From the human T2T-CHM13v2.0 reference genome, Homo sapiens, in NCBI RefSeq assembly GCF_009914755.1, contig NC_060937.1: 64,000 nucleotides of DNA; one strand, written 5' to 3'. Each line of letters opens with the position of its first letter. The first letter of the stretch is position 1. The position numbers and the translations under genes were made by a program. Under the pieces are notes generated by a model. The model was given only the letters and a program-made list of their open reading frames with translations. It searched no databases and was not told the origin of the DNA. Of this stretch, positions 49,202 to 64,000 are shown piece by piece.

Positions 49202-49805
49202 CTAAATGTGAACACACGTCTATAAATTGTTGGGAGAAAATGTAAGAAATTAAGTGTTAAATGCTCCTATAATTAAGTATAATTAACTTTGTATGAAACC
49301 ATTTTTAAATAAGCTATGGCTTATATTGAGAAAAAGACTTAAATGCTGAAATATTTATGATGTGAAATGGTATGGTGCCTGGAATTTGCTTTAAAATATT
49401 TCATGAGAAAAGGAGGAAGGGCTTAACAAATAAAACAAGAATCACAAAATGTTAATAATGTTTGAAGTTGGATGACGTTTACATATAGGTTTAGTAGTGA
49501 GTTCTGGACTTTTGTGTATGTTTGAAAAAATTTCATAAGACATTTGGAGAAAGAATCAGTAACCCTATATTAAAGGATCTATGCCAACTTCAGTATATAA
49601 CTTTTCCCTTAAGATTGAAAATAAAATATTTAAAGTATTCTATGGACTTTACTTTTTTCTGCTTTACAAAAATTATATTGCTTACACTGAAAATAATTAT
49701 ATAAACTAGATGAATGATTAGTATTAGATTGCTGTTATAACAATAGACTATTCATAATAGATGGTGAAATAATACAGATGGAAATTATCTCAGGATCTTT
49801 ATTCT

Positions 49806-50034
49806 TTATTTTATTTTATTATTTATTTATTTTTGAGACAGAGTCTCGCTCTCTCGCCCAGGCTAGAGTGCAGTGGTGCATTCTTGGCTCACTGCAACTC
49901 TGCCTCCCAGTTTCAAGTGATTCTCCTGCATCAGCCTCCCGAGTAGCTGGTATTACAGGTGCACGCCACCACGCTGGGCTAATTTTTTGTATTTTTAGTA
50001 GAGATAAGGTTTCACCATGTTGGCTAGGCTGGTT
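49806..50034 (-). mobile_element. 5'-truncated AluS
   Basis: TSD tcaggatct(t/c)tattcttt. Confidence 0.9.
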
Positions 50035-50479
50035 CAGGATCTCTATTCTTTGGATCAGGTTAAATATTTAAATCAGTTTGGCCTTTTTGATAATACACAG
50101 ATGAAATACTGATAACTAATGTTAGAATTACCATTGAGTTAAACACTATTCAGATTATGTCTGAGATTGTACATAAGTGAACTGACAAAATGACAATGCT
50201 AAGTAATACCCAAAATAAAAACAAATACTCCCCTTTTTAGCAGCTTTATTGAAGTATAATTGATATACAGTAAATTGCACATATTTAAGGTATAGTGCAG
50301 TTTGACATTTGGCACATGAATATACCTATGAAACTATCACCAAAATGAAGGTAATAAACACATATATCTCCCCAAAAGTTTCCATATGCCCCTTTGGAAT
50401 TCTTGCCTCCCAACCTTCCCCATCTCAGTCCCTAAGCAATTACTGATTTACTTTCAGTTACTGTAGGTTAGTTAGTTAG

Positions 50480-50786
<307 letters not shown>

Positions 50787-51524
50787 CAAGCCTAGCTTGT
50801 ATTTCCTAGACTTTTATATAAGAGGAATCATATAGTATGTATATGCTTTTTTTAATGTCTCCTTTCACTCTGCATAATTATTTCAAGATTTATTTGTAGT
50901 TCATTTTTTTCATTACTGAGTAACATTTCGTTGTGTGGAAGTACCACAGTTTGTTTATCCATTCACTTGTTGATGGACATTGGAGTCATTTCCAGTTTTC
51001 TGAATAAAGCTCAGATGAACATTCACATACAAGTCTTTGTATGGACGTATGCTTTCATTTCTCTTGGGTAAATATCTAGGAGTAGACTGGCCGGATCATA
51101 TCGTAGGTGTCTATTTGACATCTTAAGAAACTGCTAAACTGTTTCCCAGATGTTTGTACCATTTTACATTTCCACCAATAATGTATGAAAGTTCCAATTT
51201 TTCTACATCCTTGCCTTGATATGGTTAGTTTTTTTATCCACTATAATGGGTGTGTAGTGGCATATTAGTGTGGTTTTAATTTGCATTTCTCTAATGACGA
51301 ATGATTTTGAGGATCTTCTCATTTGAGTTTCTTTGCCCTCTGTTTATCTTCTTGGGAGAAGTGTCTCCTCACATTTTTTGTCTGTTTTATCAGGTTGTTT
51401 GTCCTCTTATTCTTGAGTTTTGAGTATTATTTATATATCCTAAATACAAGTCATTTATCAGATATATGATTTACAAATATTTTTTCCCACCCTGTGGCTT
51501 ATCTTTTCACCTCTTAATGATGTC

Positions 51525-51857
51525 TTTTTATTTATTTATTTATTTATTTATTTATTATTTATTTTTAGAGACAGAGTCTCACTCTGTTGCCCAGGTTGGA
51601 GCGCAGTGGTGTAATCATAGCTCATTGCAGCCTCGAACTCTTGGACTCAAGAGCCTCAAACTATTGGGAGCCTTAGCCTCCCAAATACTAGGACTGCAGT
51701 TACCTGCAACCACACCTGGCTAATTTTTTTTATTTTTTTGTAGAGATGAGGTCTCACTATGTTGCTCAGGTTGTCTCGAACTCCTGGGCTCAAGTGATCT
51801 TCCCACCTTGGCTTCCCAAAGTGCTGGGATTGCAGGTGTGAGCCATCCCACCCAGCC
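51525..51857 (-). mobile_element. AluJ with (TTTA)n tail
   Basis: Reverse Alu; TSD atgtctttt. Confidence 0.9.
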
Positions 51858-52589
51858 AACAATGTCTTTTGAAGAGATGCTTTTATCAAGTACAGTTCAT
51901 CACTTTGTTCTTTTATGGATTGTGCTTTGGTGTTGTATTTTAAATATCTTTGCCTAACCTAGGGTCATAAGGGGTTTTGTCTATTTTTAATTCTAGATGT
52001 TTCATAGTTTTAGGTCTGTGATTCATTTTTAGTTTAATTTTTATACTGAGTGGAAGATATAGATTGAAATTGATATGTTTGCATAATTGAAACACAACTG
52101 TTGTAGCATCATTTGTTGAGAAACAATCATTTATGTGTGAGACTGTTCTCGACTCTCTGTTCCAGTTATCTGTCTTTATGTCAATACCACACTATCTTGA
52201 TTGCTGTAGCTTTATAATATCTGGAAATCAGATAGTATTGGTCCTCCAATGCTGTTCATTTTCAAAGTTGTTTAGCTGGGTGTTTTTTTTGCATTTCTAT
52301 ATGAATTCTATCATCAGTTTGTTAATTTTTTTTTCAAAAACTAGCTGTGATTTTGGTTGACATTACGTAAGTTGAATATATAGATGAAGCAGAGAAAATT
52401 GACATCTTAATATTGAATATTCTGACCCATGAACATACTGTATCTTTACCCTTATTTACGTCTTCTTTAATTTATCTTAATACTATTATTTTTTAGTTTT
52501 CACTGTATAACTAAAAACTGTCAACTGTTTGACATCTTTTATTGTCAAACTTTTACAGTGAAAACTACTAAAACATTAGCATTAGCAAA

Positions 52590-55500
52590 GTGTATGTTTT
52601 TCCAGCCTTCTTCTTTTAACCCGTCTGACAAAATATGATTTTCAATTGGAGATTTTTTTAGAACACTTAACATCTAGTATATTTATTGATATGGTTATGT
52701 TCAAGTTTTTCATCTTGCTAATGTTTTCTGTTTGGCCCATCTACTTTTTATTCACTTTATTTTTCTTGTCTTCTTTTGGATTAATTGAATTTTTTTATTT
52801 CATTTTATCTTATTGTTGCTTATTGGCTATAACTTTGTTATTTCAGTGGTTGATTTAGATTATAGTGTATATGTATCTTTAACTTATCACCATGTAGCTC
52901 CAAGTGATATTTAGTAAAACATATGGTATAAGAACCTTACAACAGTATTCTTCTATTTGTTCCCCCAGCCTTTGTGTTCTTGTTGTCGTACATTTTATTT
53001 ATACACATATAAACTCCCATACTACATTACTGCTATTATTACTTAAACAGTGATAATCAGGCTGGGCACAGTGGCTCATGCCTGTAATCCTAGCACTTTG
53101 AGAGGCTGAGACAGGTGGATCACCTGAGGTCAGTAGTTTGAAACCAGCCTGGCCAACATGGCAAAACCCTGTCTCTACTAAAAATACAAAATTTAGTGTG
53201 GTAGCAGGCACCTGTAATCCCAGCTACTCGGGAGGCTGAGGCAGGAGAATAGCTTGAACCTAGGGGTTCGAGGTTGCAGTGAGCCGAGATCGCGCCACTT
53301 CACTCCAGCCTGGGCGAAAGAGTGAAACTCCATCTCAAAAAAAAATAAATGAAATGAAATAAACAGTGATAATCTTATAAAGAGATATAATAATATGAGG
53401 GAAATATGTTAAATTTAAATAGTTACCATACCTTGTGCTCTTTATTCCTTTTTGTAGGCCTAAATTTCAAACTGTTATCTATTCCTTCTGGTTGATGCAC
53501 TTCCTTTAACAATTTTTATAGAGCAGGTCTATGGTGATGAATTCTGTTTCTGTATATAGCAAAAAGTTGCTATTTTGCCTATTTTTAGTTTTTTTGTTTT
53601 TACATTTCTGACTATTTTTGACAAAAGTCTAGGTTAAAATGCAATTCTCACAGATATGGAATAAGGCCAAATTAACTGAAAGTAGCCATTTAAGAGTTTA
53701 CTTTTTTTATTGTGGTAAAATTCAGATAACAAAATTTACCATTTTAACCATTTTAAAGTATACGATTTAGTAGCTCATGGTATGTGTATGGTGTTTCATA
53801 CACAGCACCACTATCTAGTAAAAGAGCATTTCCATCACCTGGGAAGGAAACCCTGTACCCATTAAGCAGTGACTCCCCATTCCCGCCTCCACCTCAGTCC
53901 CCCACAAGCAATAATGTGCTCTCTCTCTCTCTATGGATTTGCCTGTTCTGGATATGTTATATAAATGAAATCATGCAATATTTGGCCTTTTGTGTCTGGC
54001 TCCTTTCACTTAGCATAATGTTTTCAGGGTTCGTATTTTGCCATCTATCAGTGCTCAGTTCCTTTTTATGACTGAATAATATTCCATTTTGCAGATTAAC
54101 TACATTTTGTTTATCCATCAGTTAATGGATTTTTGTCTGTTTTGAATAGTGCTGCTGTGAACATTTCATGTTCAAATTTTTTGTTTGAACACCTGTTTTC
54201 AATTCTCGTTAAGTGGAATTCAAGATGAAATGGTAATTCTATGATTCACTTTTCAAGAAACTGCAAAACTGTTTTTCGTAGTGACTATGCCATTTTACAT
54301 TCCCACCAGCCATTTCAGGGGTTCCAATTTTTCCACATCCTCACCAATGCTTATTTTTCATTTTTTTAACTCTAGCCATCCTGGCAATTACAAAGTAGTA
54401 TCTTCTAATGATTTTGCTTTGCATTTCTCTAATTAGGTTAATAATGTTAACTATCATTTTGGGTTCTTATTGGCCATTTATATATCTTCTTTAGAAAGAT
54501 GTCTGTTCGAGTCATTTGCCCACTTTTGAATTGGGTTGTCTTTCTGTTGTTGAGTTGTAAGAGTTCTTTATATATTCTGGACACTAGACCTTTATCCAAT
54601 ACATGATTTGCGAATATTTTCTCCCATTCTGTGTGGGTTGTCTTTCCTCCACTTGTTAGTGTCCTTCAAGGCACAAAAGTCTTTAATTTTGATAAAATCT
54701 ACTTTATCTTAGGTGTCTTGTGCTTCACCTTTGGTTTTGTGGGTTTTTTATTGAGGTGAAATTCACATGACATAAGATTAACCATTTTAAAGTAAACCGT
54801 TTAATATTCATTCACAGTGTTGTACAATCACTATCTCTATCTAGTCCTAAAACATGTTCATCACCCCAGAATAAAACCTTGTACCCATTAAGCACTTAAT
54901 ACCCACTCCTCTTTGCCCCCACCCTCTGACAACTGCCAAATCACTTTATTTCTGTGGATTTACTTCATCTGGATATGTTTCATATAAATGGAATCATACA
55001 ATATGTGACGTTTTGTGTCTGGTTTCTTTCACTGAGCATACTGTTTTTGATGTTCATCCATATTGTAGCATGTATCCAGTACTTTAACCCTTTTTATGGC
55101 CGAATAATATTCTGTTGTGTATATTTACCTTAATTTGTTTATTCATTTATCCTTTGATGAACATTTAGGTTATTTCCACCTTCTGACTATTGTAAAAAGC
55201 GCTGCTATGAACACGCAAATACAAGCAAATGTATGAGTACCTGTTTTCATTTCTTTTAAGTGTATACCTGGGAATGGATTTGCTGGGTTCACCTTTGTTT
55301 TTTAGAAAGATATTTTCCCTGGGTAAGGAATTTGAGGTTGACTTTTCTCTCCCTCTCTCTCTTTTTCAGTAGTTGAAAGATACTGCTTCACTCCCTTCTA
55401 GTTTGCATCGTTTCTGCCAAGATATTGCCGTCATCCTTATCTTTGTTCCTCTCTAGGTAATGTGTATTTCTTTAGCTGCTTTTAAGAGATTTTTAGTCAC

Positions 55501-56760
55501 TGGCTGTAAGCAATTTGATTATCATTTGGCTTTCTGGAGTTTTCTTCATGTTTCCTATGCTTGGGTTTTGTTGAACATCTTACATATGTGAGTTTATCAA
55601 ATTTATAAATTTCTTAAATTTTTAAATACTTCAATCCTCTCACCTTCCTTTGAGGACTTCAATGAGATATATATTAGGTTGCTTAAAGTTATTCTACAAC
55701 AGAACAAATGATGTTCTCTTCAGTTTTTTTCAGTCTTTTTTCTGCTTTTCTTTTGAATAGCTTCTTTTACTGTGTCTTCCAGTTCACTAATCTTTTTTTC
55801 ACCACTGTATAATCTGCTTTCAGTTCAATCCAGTTTTTATCTCAGATATTGTAGTTTTCATTTCTAGAAGTTCAAATTGGATCTTCTTTGTGTCTTTTAG
55901 GTCTCTCCTTAACATTCTCAAACTTTATTTTCTGGAATATGTGAAATATAATTTCAATAACTTTTTTATATTCTTGCCTACTAATTCTATTATTTTGTCA
56001 TTTCATGGCTGCCTTCAATAAATTTGAATTTTCTCATTATATATCACATTGTTCAGCTTCTTTGCATACGTAGTAATTATTTACTGGATGCCAGACCTTG
56101 TAAATTTTACCTTGATGCTATATATTTTGTATTCCTATATGTTTTTGTTAGCTTTGTTCTGGGACATAGTTAGGTTTCTTGGAAACAGTTTGATTCTTCC
56201 AAATCTTGCTTTTAAGCTTTTTTAGGCAGAGAAGGGTTTATCGTAAGGCCAATTTCTCCCCCATTACTACAACCAAACTCTTTGAGTATTCCATGTCCTG
56301 TAAATTGTAAGGTTTTCTACTTTGGCTGATGGAAATAAGCACTATGCCTTGCCCATGTTCACTTCAGAGATTGCTCCTACCAATCTTGTCTGTAGTTCTG
56401 TCTCCTGTCTTTATACATATGCACTGTTCTGTGCCAGGTAAATACTTAAGGGGCACTATCTGTAAATTGTCAGAGTTCTGTCTCTTTGCAGCTCCCTTTT
56501 CTTCAGTAGTCTCCCATATGAACTGTAACCACCTTGGTTATTACTTCTATCAACAGCTCCTTAACTCAGGGAATTTGACAGGCTCTGCCTTAATTCTCCT
56601 TCCCAGCACCACAGCTTGAAAGCTGTCTCTAGTCAATAAACTAAGGCAGTCATAGAGTTTACCTTGTTTGTTTCCTGTGTGTCAGGGATCTCCTTCATTG
56701 CATGATGTCCAATGTCTTTCGACCGTTGTTTTATTAGTTGGTCCAGTATAACAGAGAAAA
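52590..56760 (-). mobile_element. Old L1M 5'/ORF1 region carrying younger L1MB 3' fragments (about 53700-54710 and 54740-55290)
   Basis: T-rich antisense L1 motifs; two starts of the ttttattg.ggt.aaattc...taccatttta type. Confidence 0.7.
53060..53358 (+). mobile_element. AluS
   Basis: Dimeric Alu; TSD aaacagtgataatc. Confidence 0.92.
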
Positions 56761-58240
56761 CAAGTTATTCTTTTTTGTGTATTTGTGTATACCCACTAAT
56801 TCTCAAGAAACTGCCAAGTTTAGTTAAGAGTCAAGTGTCAGTGTGGAGTTTGTTAAACAGTAGAAAATCCAGAATCATAAAGTGTGCCACATTACTGCCA
56901 ACAGTAAGGCAGCTAAGAATTGGTCTTTCTTAGCTGCCTCAAACCTTGATATATGCTCTCCTTCTAGTTATTCAGTAAATATTTATCAATTTCCCACTAT
57001 ATTCAACAACTGATGACAAAATAGACATGGTTTTTCACTTCTAACATAACCAACCTTATTCACAAAGGCCTTATTTTCTACTGTAAGCACGCAGAGATTT
57101 ATCTTTTACAACTGACTTAATTTCAGGAAGCTTGTCTAGAAAGTGGGACATGCACAGTCATCAGTAACCACATGGCAAGGTTTAGCTACCTGGAATTTTG
57201 TACCTAGAAGGCATTGCTAGATTTGAAAGAGGCGTCAAGGTGCATAGGTAAAATAAAGTAGACCTATATGTATTAACTTTGAAAGAAATTTATACTGTAT
57301 TGATGATTTTTCAAAAAACAAATTGCAGAATAATTTCTGTTTCTCTGTTTGGGTTTTAATATATTTGTGTGTGTGCATGTACCCAGCATATACAGAGAGG
57401 ATGGGATTGTGTTTCTGTTTAAACATACAGAAAATGAAAAAAATCTGAAAATATGTCATGCAAAGGGGACACAAATACCACTAGTCATGGATTAGCAATA
57501 TGAAATGAGCTTTATTGGTATAAAGTAAGTACTTGAAGTAATAAAACATTTATCTCTGCCCCTTGAGTTGCCTGACCCATTTTTCTGCCTCTAACAACTG
57601 CTAGGAGTGTTCTTCCAGCATCCCCAGTGAGCTCAGTCTCTTGGAAAGAGTCTGTGGCACATACAACTCACAGGACCCCACCTCAACATTATAAAGGAGG
57701 AGACTCACATACCTACCATGTGGCCCTAAACAATCTAGATCTGATTAAATTTCAAGGTCAACCATATTTCTAAGACTTCAATGATGTAAAAAAAAAAAAA
57801 AAAAACCCACTGTTTTGTGTACCACTGTGAGGAAGAGTGGAGGATGCTGCTGATTAAACTGTGATACAATGCTTTGTTATTACTTTAATTTTTTTCATTT
57901 TAGACATACTTTCTTTTAGACTTTAGGCAGTGATTTTTGTCCTATATTGCACAACTCTGTTTCTGTGTTTTTCTTCTGTTTCAATGCCGAATCCCTTGTG
58001 ATCTTTTTAGATACTTAAATGACAATTGTACTCAGCCTATGAAGGACTAGCCATACTCAAAACTCAATTGAAGTAATAATATGAACAGCCAAGACCAATT
58101 TTTTCATGCATGGGCTTTATCAACAGCAATTATAAGATGTATGCTATTTTCATAGAAGAGATTAAAAACAGTATGATTTATAGGGTTCCTTTGCCTTTCA
58201 AAATGTTTGTCTGTTTGTTGATATTAAAAATCCTTTAGTA

Positions 58241-58535
58241 GGCTGGGCACAGTGGGTCACACCTGTAATCCCAGCACTTTGGGAGGTCAAGGCAGGCAGA
58301 TAACTTGAGGCCAGGAGTTCGAGACCTGCCTGACCAACATGATGAAACCCTGTCTCTACTAAAAATACAAAAATCATCCGGGTGTGGTGGTGTGCACATA
58401 TAGTCCCAGCTACTTGGGAGTCTGAGGCAAGAGAATTGCTTGAGCCTGGGAGGCAGAGGTTGCAGTGAGCCAAGATTGTGTCACTGCACTCCAGCCCAGG
58501 TGACAGAGCAAGACTCTGTCTCAAAAAAAGAAAAA
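58241..58535 (+). mobile_element. AluS
   Basis: Dimeric Alu; TSD about atc(c/g)tttagta. Confidence 0.92.
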
Positions 58536-58691
58536 TATCGTTTAGTAAAGAACAGTGGCATTTATTTCATTACTAGAAATACAAGGCTTAAAAAATAACA
58601 CTTAGATGAGATACTACATTGCCTGAATTTTTTTTTAATTTAGCAAGTGAACTTTAATTCATCAGCCTATCAAAAGTCTTTACCTTACTAG

Positions 58692-59010
58692 AATAATAGT
58701 AGAATAATAGTCACCAGAACCTGGGAAGGTGAAGATGGGGAATGAAGAGAGGGTGGTTAATGGATGCAAACATAAAGTTAGATAGAAGGAATGAGTTGTA
58801 GTGTTTAATTGCACAATAGGATGACTGTAGTTTACAATAATTTATTGTATATTTCAAAATAGCTAGAAGATTTGAAATGTTCCTAATACAAAGAAATGAC
58901 AAATGTTTAAGGTTATTGATGTCCTAAATATCCCTATTTGATTTTCACATATGCATGTATCAAAATATCACATATACCCTATGCATATAATTATGTATCA
59001 ATTTAAAAAT
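58692..59010 (+). mobile_element. L1MA-type 3'UTR end
   Basis: gttagatagaaggaatgag...ttattgtatatttcaaaatagctagaaga...gtatcaaaatatcacat. Confidence 0.85.
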
Positions 59011-59339
59011 TAATAATTTTTTAAAAGTTCCCTATCCAAAACTGTCCTCTGTGCTGTCAATCATGACTTATTTTTAAAGGCCCATGGCCTACAAGACAAT
59101 GTCCAGATTCTTTAGCGTGGCATAGATGGCCAATTTGATTCTAATCTACTTCTCATCCTCATCTTCTGTCATCTCCCCTCTTCCCAAATCTTCACTTGCT
59201 GTCTCCTCCCACCACTTTGTTACCTTCGTACTCCTCAGTCTCCTTTGTTGACTTCTTTTTCTCTGATTATGTCTTAAGTGTTGACATGCCCCAGGGTTCT
59301 ACCTTGTTTGTTTAGGGGAAAAGGGGAAAAAGCCAAGAA

Positions 59340-59525
59340 CTTTCAAGTTAGGCAGACTGGTTATATGACTTTAGGCAAGTTATCTTTTTGTAAGCCTCAG
59401 TTTTCCAAAGTGTAAGTGGAAATAATAATACTATATTGCATGTTTGCTCCAAAATGAGAGAGGGTTCAATCTAAGATGAGCACTTAGCACACTAACTGGC
59501 ATATGTTAATCACTCGGTAAATGTA
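59340..59525 (+). mobile_element. MIR
   Basis: tgactttaggcaagttat...aagcctcagttttcc...aataatact. Confidence 0.65.
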
Positions 59526-59687
59526 GGATCTTATTTCTGTTCTAGAGTTTCATTTATTTTTCTCTTGCTGGCCATAATATTAATAAAATAAGTATTTTTC
59601 TTGTAAATCTGGCAATTTTTAAAGGAAATAATAGGTCCAGAATTGGAGTAAATAATGATTTTGCCTATATAGGAGTATTCAGAATAA

Positions 59688-59992
59688 GCCGGGTGTGGTG
59701 GCTAATGCCTGTAATCCCAGCACTTTGGGAGGCTGAGGCGGGGTGATCACCTGAGGTCAGGAGTTGAAGACCAGCCTGGCCAACATGGTGAAACCCTGTC
59801 TCTACTGAAAATACAAAAATTAGCTGGGCGTGGTTGTGGGCACCTGTAATCCCAGCTACTTGGGAGACTGAGGCATGAGAATCGGTTGAACCCAGGAGGC
59901 AGAGGTTGTAGTGAGCTGAGATTGCACCACCGCAGGACTCTAGCCTAGGTGACAGAGCAAGACTGTCTAAAAAAAAAAAAAAGAAGAAAAAG
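59688..59992 (+). mobile_element. AluS
   Basis: Dimeric Alu; TSD agtattcagaataa. Confidence 0.92.
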
Positions 59993-60224
59993 AAGTATTC
60001 AGAATAAACAATAAAATCAATTTTAACACAATAGCAAAATGTTTAATAATAATTTAAATAATTTCTGCTCTTATCAAATGCAGAAGTGTATTTAATTGCA
60101 TACAAACTAAGCATTTTAGGAGAAAAGTGAAAAGCTGCATTTTTGTTTTATTTTTTTTAATTAAGACAAGTATTCATTGATGAATAGTGTTTATATGATC
60201 AAAACATAAACAGTGAATGTTCTT

Positions 60225-61165
<941 letters not shown>

Positions 61166-61584
61166 TGAAAAACTGTTTTTTAAAACAAAGAAAAGCTTCA
61201 AATTAACCAGAATTGTTATATTCAAATTAGAGAATATGAATTACTGACAAAATAAATTTGTTGAATCAAAAAGCCAAAGCTAAGCAATAATAATAAGACA
61301 AAAATGAATATAAACATTTAAGAGTAATGATATCATAGTCTATTATCAATTTTCAGTAAATATAACAAAAATGATTATACGAATATATATGTATAAATAA
61401 GAATAGCTAGTAATTTTGAGAGCCTACTTAATGCCAGTCATAGCACTTTATGAAACCACATAAGTTCTGCTTGGGTTAACTGGACTTTCCAGAACATGAA
61501 ACCCCTGAGTTGGCCAGTGTGTCCAGACTTCTTGAGGCCTGAAAGAAGCTCTCCAACTGAGTGAGCTTCCATTAGGTTGGCAAG

Positions 61585-61956
61585 TGTATTAGTCCGTTCT
61601 CACACTGCTAATGAAGACATACCTGAGACTGTAATCAATGAAGGAAAGAGGTTTCATTGACTCACAGTTCTGCAGGGCTGAGGAGGCCTCAGGAAACTTA
61701 CAGTCATGGTGAAAGGGGAAGCAAACACGTCCTTCTTCACATGGTGGCAGCAAGAACTGCCAAGCAAAGGGGGAAAAGCCCCTTACAAAAACCATCAGAC
61801 CTTGTGAGAACTCACTCACTATCATGAGAACAGCATGAGGGTAACTGCCCGCATGATTAATTACTTCCCACTGGGTCCCTCCCACAACACATGGGGATTT
61901 TAGGAACTACAATTCAGGGTGAGATCTGGATGGGGACACAAAACCTAACCATATCA
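61585..61956 (-). mobile_element. THE1 (THE1D-like) LTR, the 3' LTR of an antisense provirus
   Basis: tgtattagtccgttctcacactgct...aaccatatca termini. Confidence 0.9.
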
Positions 61957-64000
61957 TTCTGCACCTGGACCCTCCCAAATCTCATGTCCTCATATTTCAA
62001 AACACAATCATGCCTTTCCAACAGTTCCCCAAAGTCTTAACTCTTTCCAACATTAACCCAAAAGTCCAAGGCCAAAGTCTTATCTGAGACAAGGCAAGTC
62101 CCTTCCGCCTATGAGCCTGCAAAATTAAAAGCAAGTTAGTTACTTCCTAGATACAGTGGGGGTACAGGCATTGGGTAAATACACCCATTTCAAGTGGGAG
62201 AAACTGGCCAAAATGGAGGGGCTACAGGCCCCATGTTAAGTCCAAAATCCAACAGGACAGTCAAATCTTAAAGCTCCGAAATGACCTCCTTTGACTCCAC
62301 GTCTCACATCCAGGTCACATTGATGCAAGAGGTGGGCTCCCACGGTCTTGGGCAGCTCTGCCCTTGTGGCTTTGCATGGTTCAGCCCTGCTCCCAGCTGC
62401 TTTCATGGGCTGGCAGTGTCTACAACTTTTCAGGCAGACAGTGCAAGGTGTTAGTAGATCTACAGTTCTGGGGTCTGGAAGACGGTGGCCGTCTTCTCAC
62501 GGCTCCACTAGGCAGTGTCCTAGTGTGGACTTTTTGTGGGTGCTCCAACCCCACATTTCCCTTCCGCACTGCCCTAGCAGAGGTTCTCCATGAGGGCTCT
62601 GCCCCTGCAGCAAACTTCTGCCTGAACATCCAGGAGTTTTCATACATCCTCTGAAATCTAGTCAGTGGTTTCCAAACCTCAGTTCTTAACTTCTGTACCC
62701 CTACCTGCATGCCCAACACCACGTGGAAGCTGCCAAAGCTTGAGACTTGCACCATCTGAAGCAATGGCCTGAGCTGTACATTGGCCCGAGCTGTACATTG
62801 GCCCCTTCTAGTCATGGCTGGAGCTGAAGCAGCTGGGATGCAGGGCACCATGTCCCGAAGCTGCATAGAGCAGGGGGGCCCTGGGCCTGGCCCCAGGAAA
62901 CCATTTTTCTCTCCTAGGGCTCCAGGCCTGTGATTGGAGGGGCTGCTGTGAAGGTCTCTGACATACCCTGGAGACATTTTCACCATTGTCTTGGCAATTA
63001 ACATTTTGCTCCTTGTTACATAGGCAAATTTCTGCAAGAGGCTCAAATTTCTCCCCAGAAAATGAGGTTTTCTTTTCTATCATATTGTCAGGCTGCAAAT
63101 TTTCCAAATTTTATGCTCTACTTCCTCTTGAATGCTTTGCCTCTTAGAAATTTTTCCCCCAGAGTGTAAATTAGTTCAACCATTGTGGAAGATAGTGTGG
63201 CGATTCCTCAAGGATCTAGAACCAGAAATACCATTTGACCCAGCAATCCCATCATTGGGTATATACCCAAAGGATTATAAATCATTCTAATATAAAAACA
63301 CGTGTACGCATATATTTATTGCAGCACTATTCACAATAGCAAAGACTTGGAACCAACCCAAATGCTCATCAGTGATAGGCTGGATAAAGAAAATGAGGCA
63401 CATACACCATGGAATACTATGTAGCCATAAAAAAGTTCATGTCCTTTGCAGGAACATGGATGAAGCTGGAAACCATCATTCTCAGCAAACTAACACAGGA
63501 ACAGAAAACCAAACACCACGTGTTCTCACTCATAAGTGGGAGTTAAACAATGAGAACACATGGACACAGGGAGGGGAACATCACACACCAGGGCCTGTCT
63601 CGGGGTGGGGAGCTAGGGGAGGTATAGCATTAGGAGAAGTACCTAGTGTAGACGAGTTGATGGGTGCAGCAAACCACCATGGCACATGTATACCTGTGTA
63701 ACAAACCTGCACGTTCTGCACATGTATCCCAAAACTGAAAGTATAATTTAAAAAAAAGAAAAAGAAATTTCTTCCCCCAGATACCCTAAATCATCTCTCT
63801 CAAGTTCAAAGTTCCACAGATCTCTAAGGCAGCAGCAAAATGCCACCAGTGTCTTTGCATAGCAAGAGTGACCTTTACTCCAGTTCCCAAGAAGTTCCTC
63901 ATCTCCATCTGAAACTACCTCAGTCAGCCTGGACCTTTTTGTCCATATGACCATTGGCATTTTGGTCAAAGCTCTAGGAAGTTCAACCAGTCTCTAGGAG
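61957..64000 (-). mobile_element. THE1/MaLR internal sequence, continuing beyond the window
   Basis: Directly adjacent to the LTR; typical THE1-int sequence; ORFs 62420-63046, 62808-63107 and 63748-63969 derive from it. Confidence 0.88.
63164..63762 (+). mobile_element. 5'-truncated L1PA (about PA5-PA7) inserted in THE1-int
   Basis: L1PA 3'UTR and A tail; TSD agaaattt(c)ttcccccaga at 63146-63163 and 63763-63781. Confidence 0.9.

Noticed and set aside
62348-63969. 208-aa ORF (62420-63046) and neighbouring ORFs as a gene
   Set aside because: They lie inside THE1-int and L1PA sequence, with no independent gene structure.

Overview
AT-rich primate genomic DNA, almost certainly human, lying entirely inside the PIBF1 (CEP90) gene on the + strand. 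Four internal coding exons are visible (9282-9447, 24055-24205, 32592-32682, 46667-46769). They have canonical AG/GT boundaries and splice into one open 170-codon coiled-coil segment, [11 protein letters not shown]...DQVTQLSQE, which I recall as exons 11-14, about residues 442-611. The rest is intron dominated by transposon fossils: a near full-length sense L1PB-type element (11.2-17.9 kb), several old L1M/L1MB pieces, about 35 Alu/FLAM/FAM copies, an MLT1 LTR, a THE1 LTR with internal sequence, the DNA-transposon MITEs MER2, MER3, MER63 and MER112, MIR/L2 relics and microsatellites. Nearly all ORFs in the supplied track are Alu/L1/LTR read-throughs. I found no prokaryotic system, CRISPR array or RNA gene, and nothing I can call a new biological system. 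The best leads are a probable L1 3' transduction, a local templated duplication into a MER63, a compound palindrome, the 3n+1 exon architecture that would give stop-free circRNA ORFs, candidate recursive splice sites and poison exons, and an AluY nested antisense in an older Alu. Repeat subfamily names are from remembered consensus sequences, and their boundaries are approximate.
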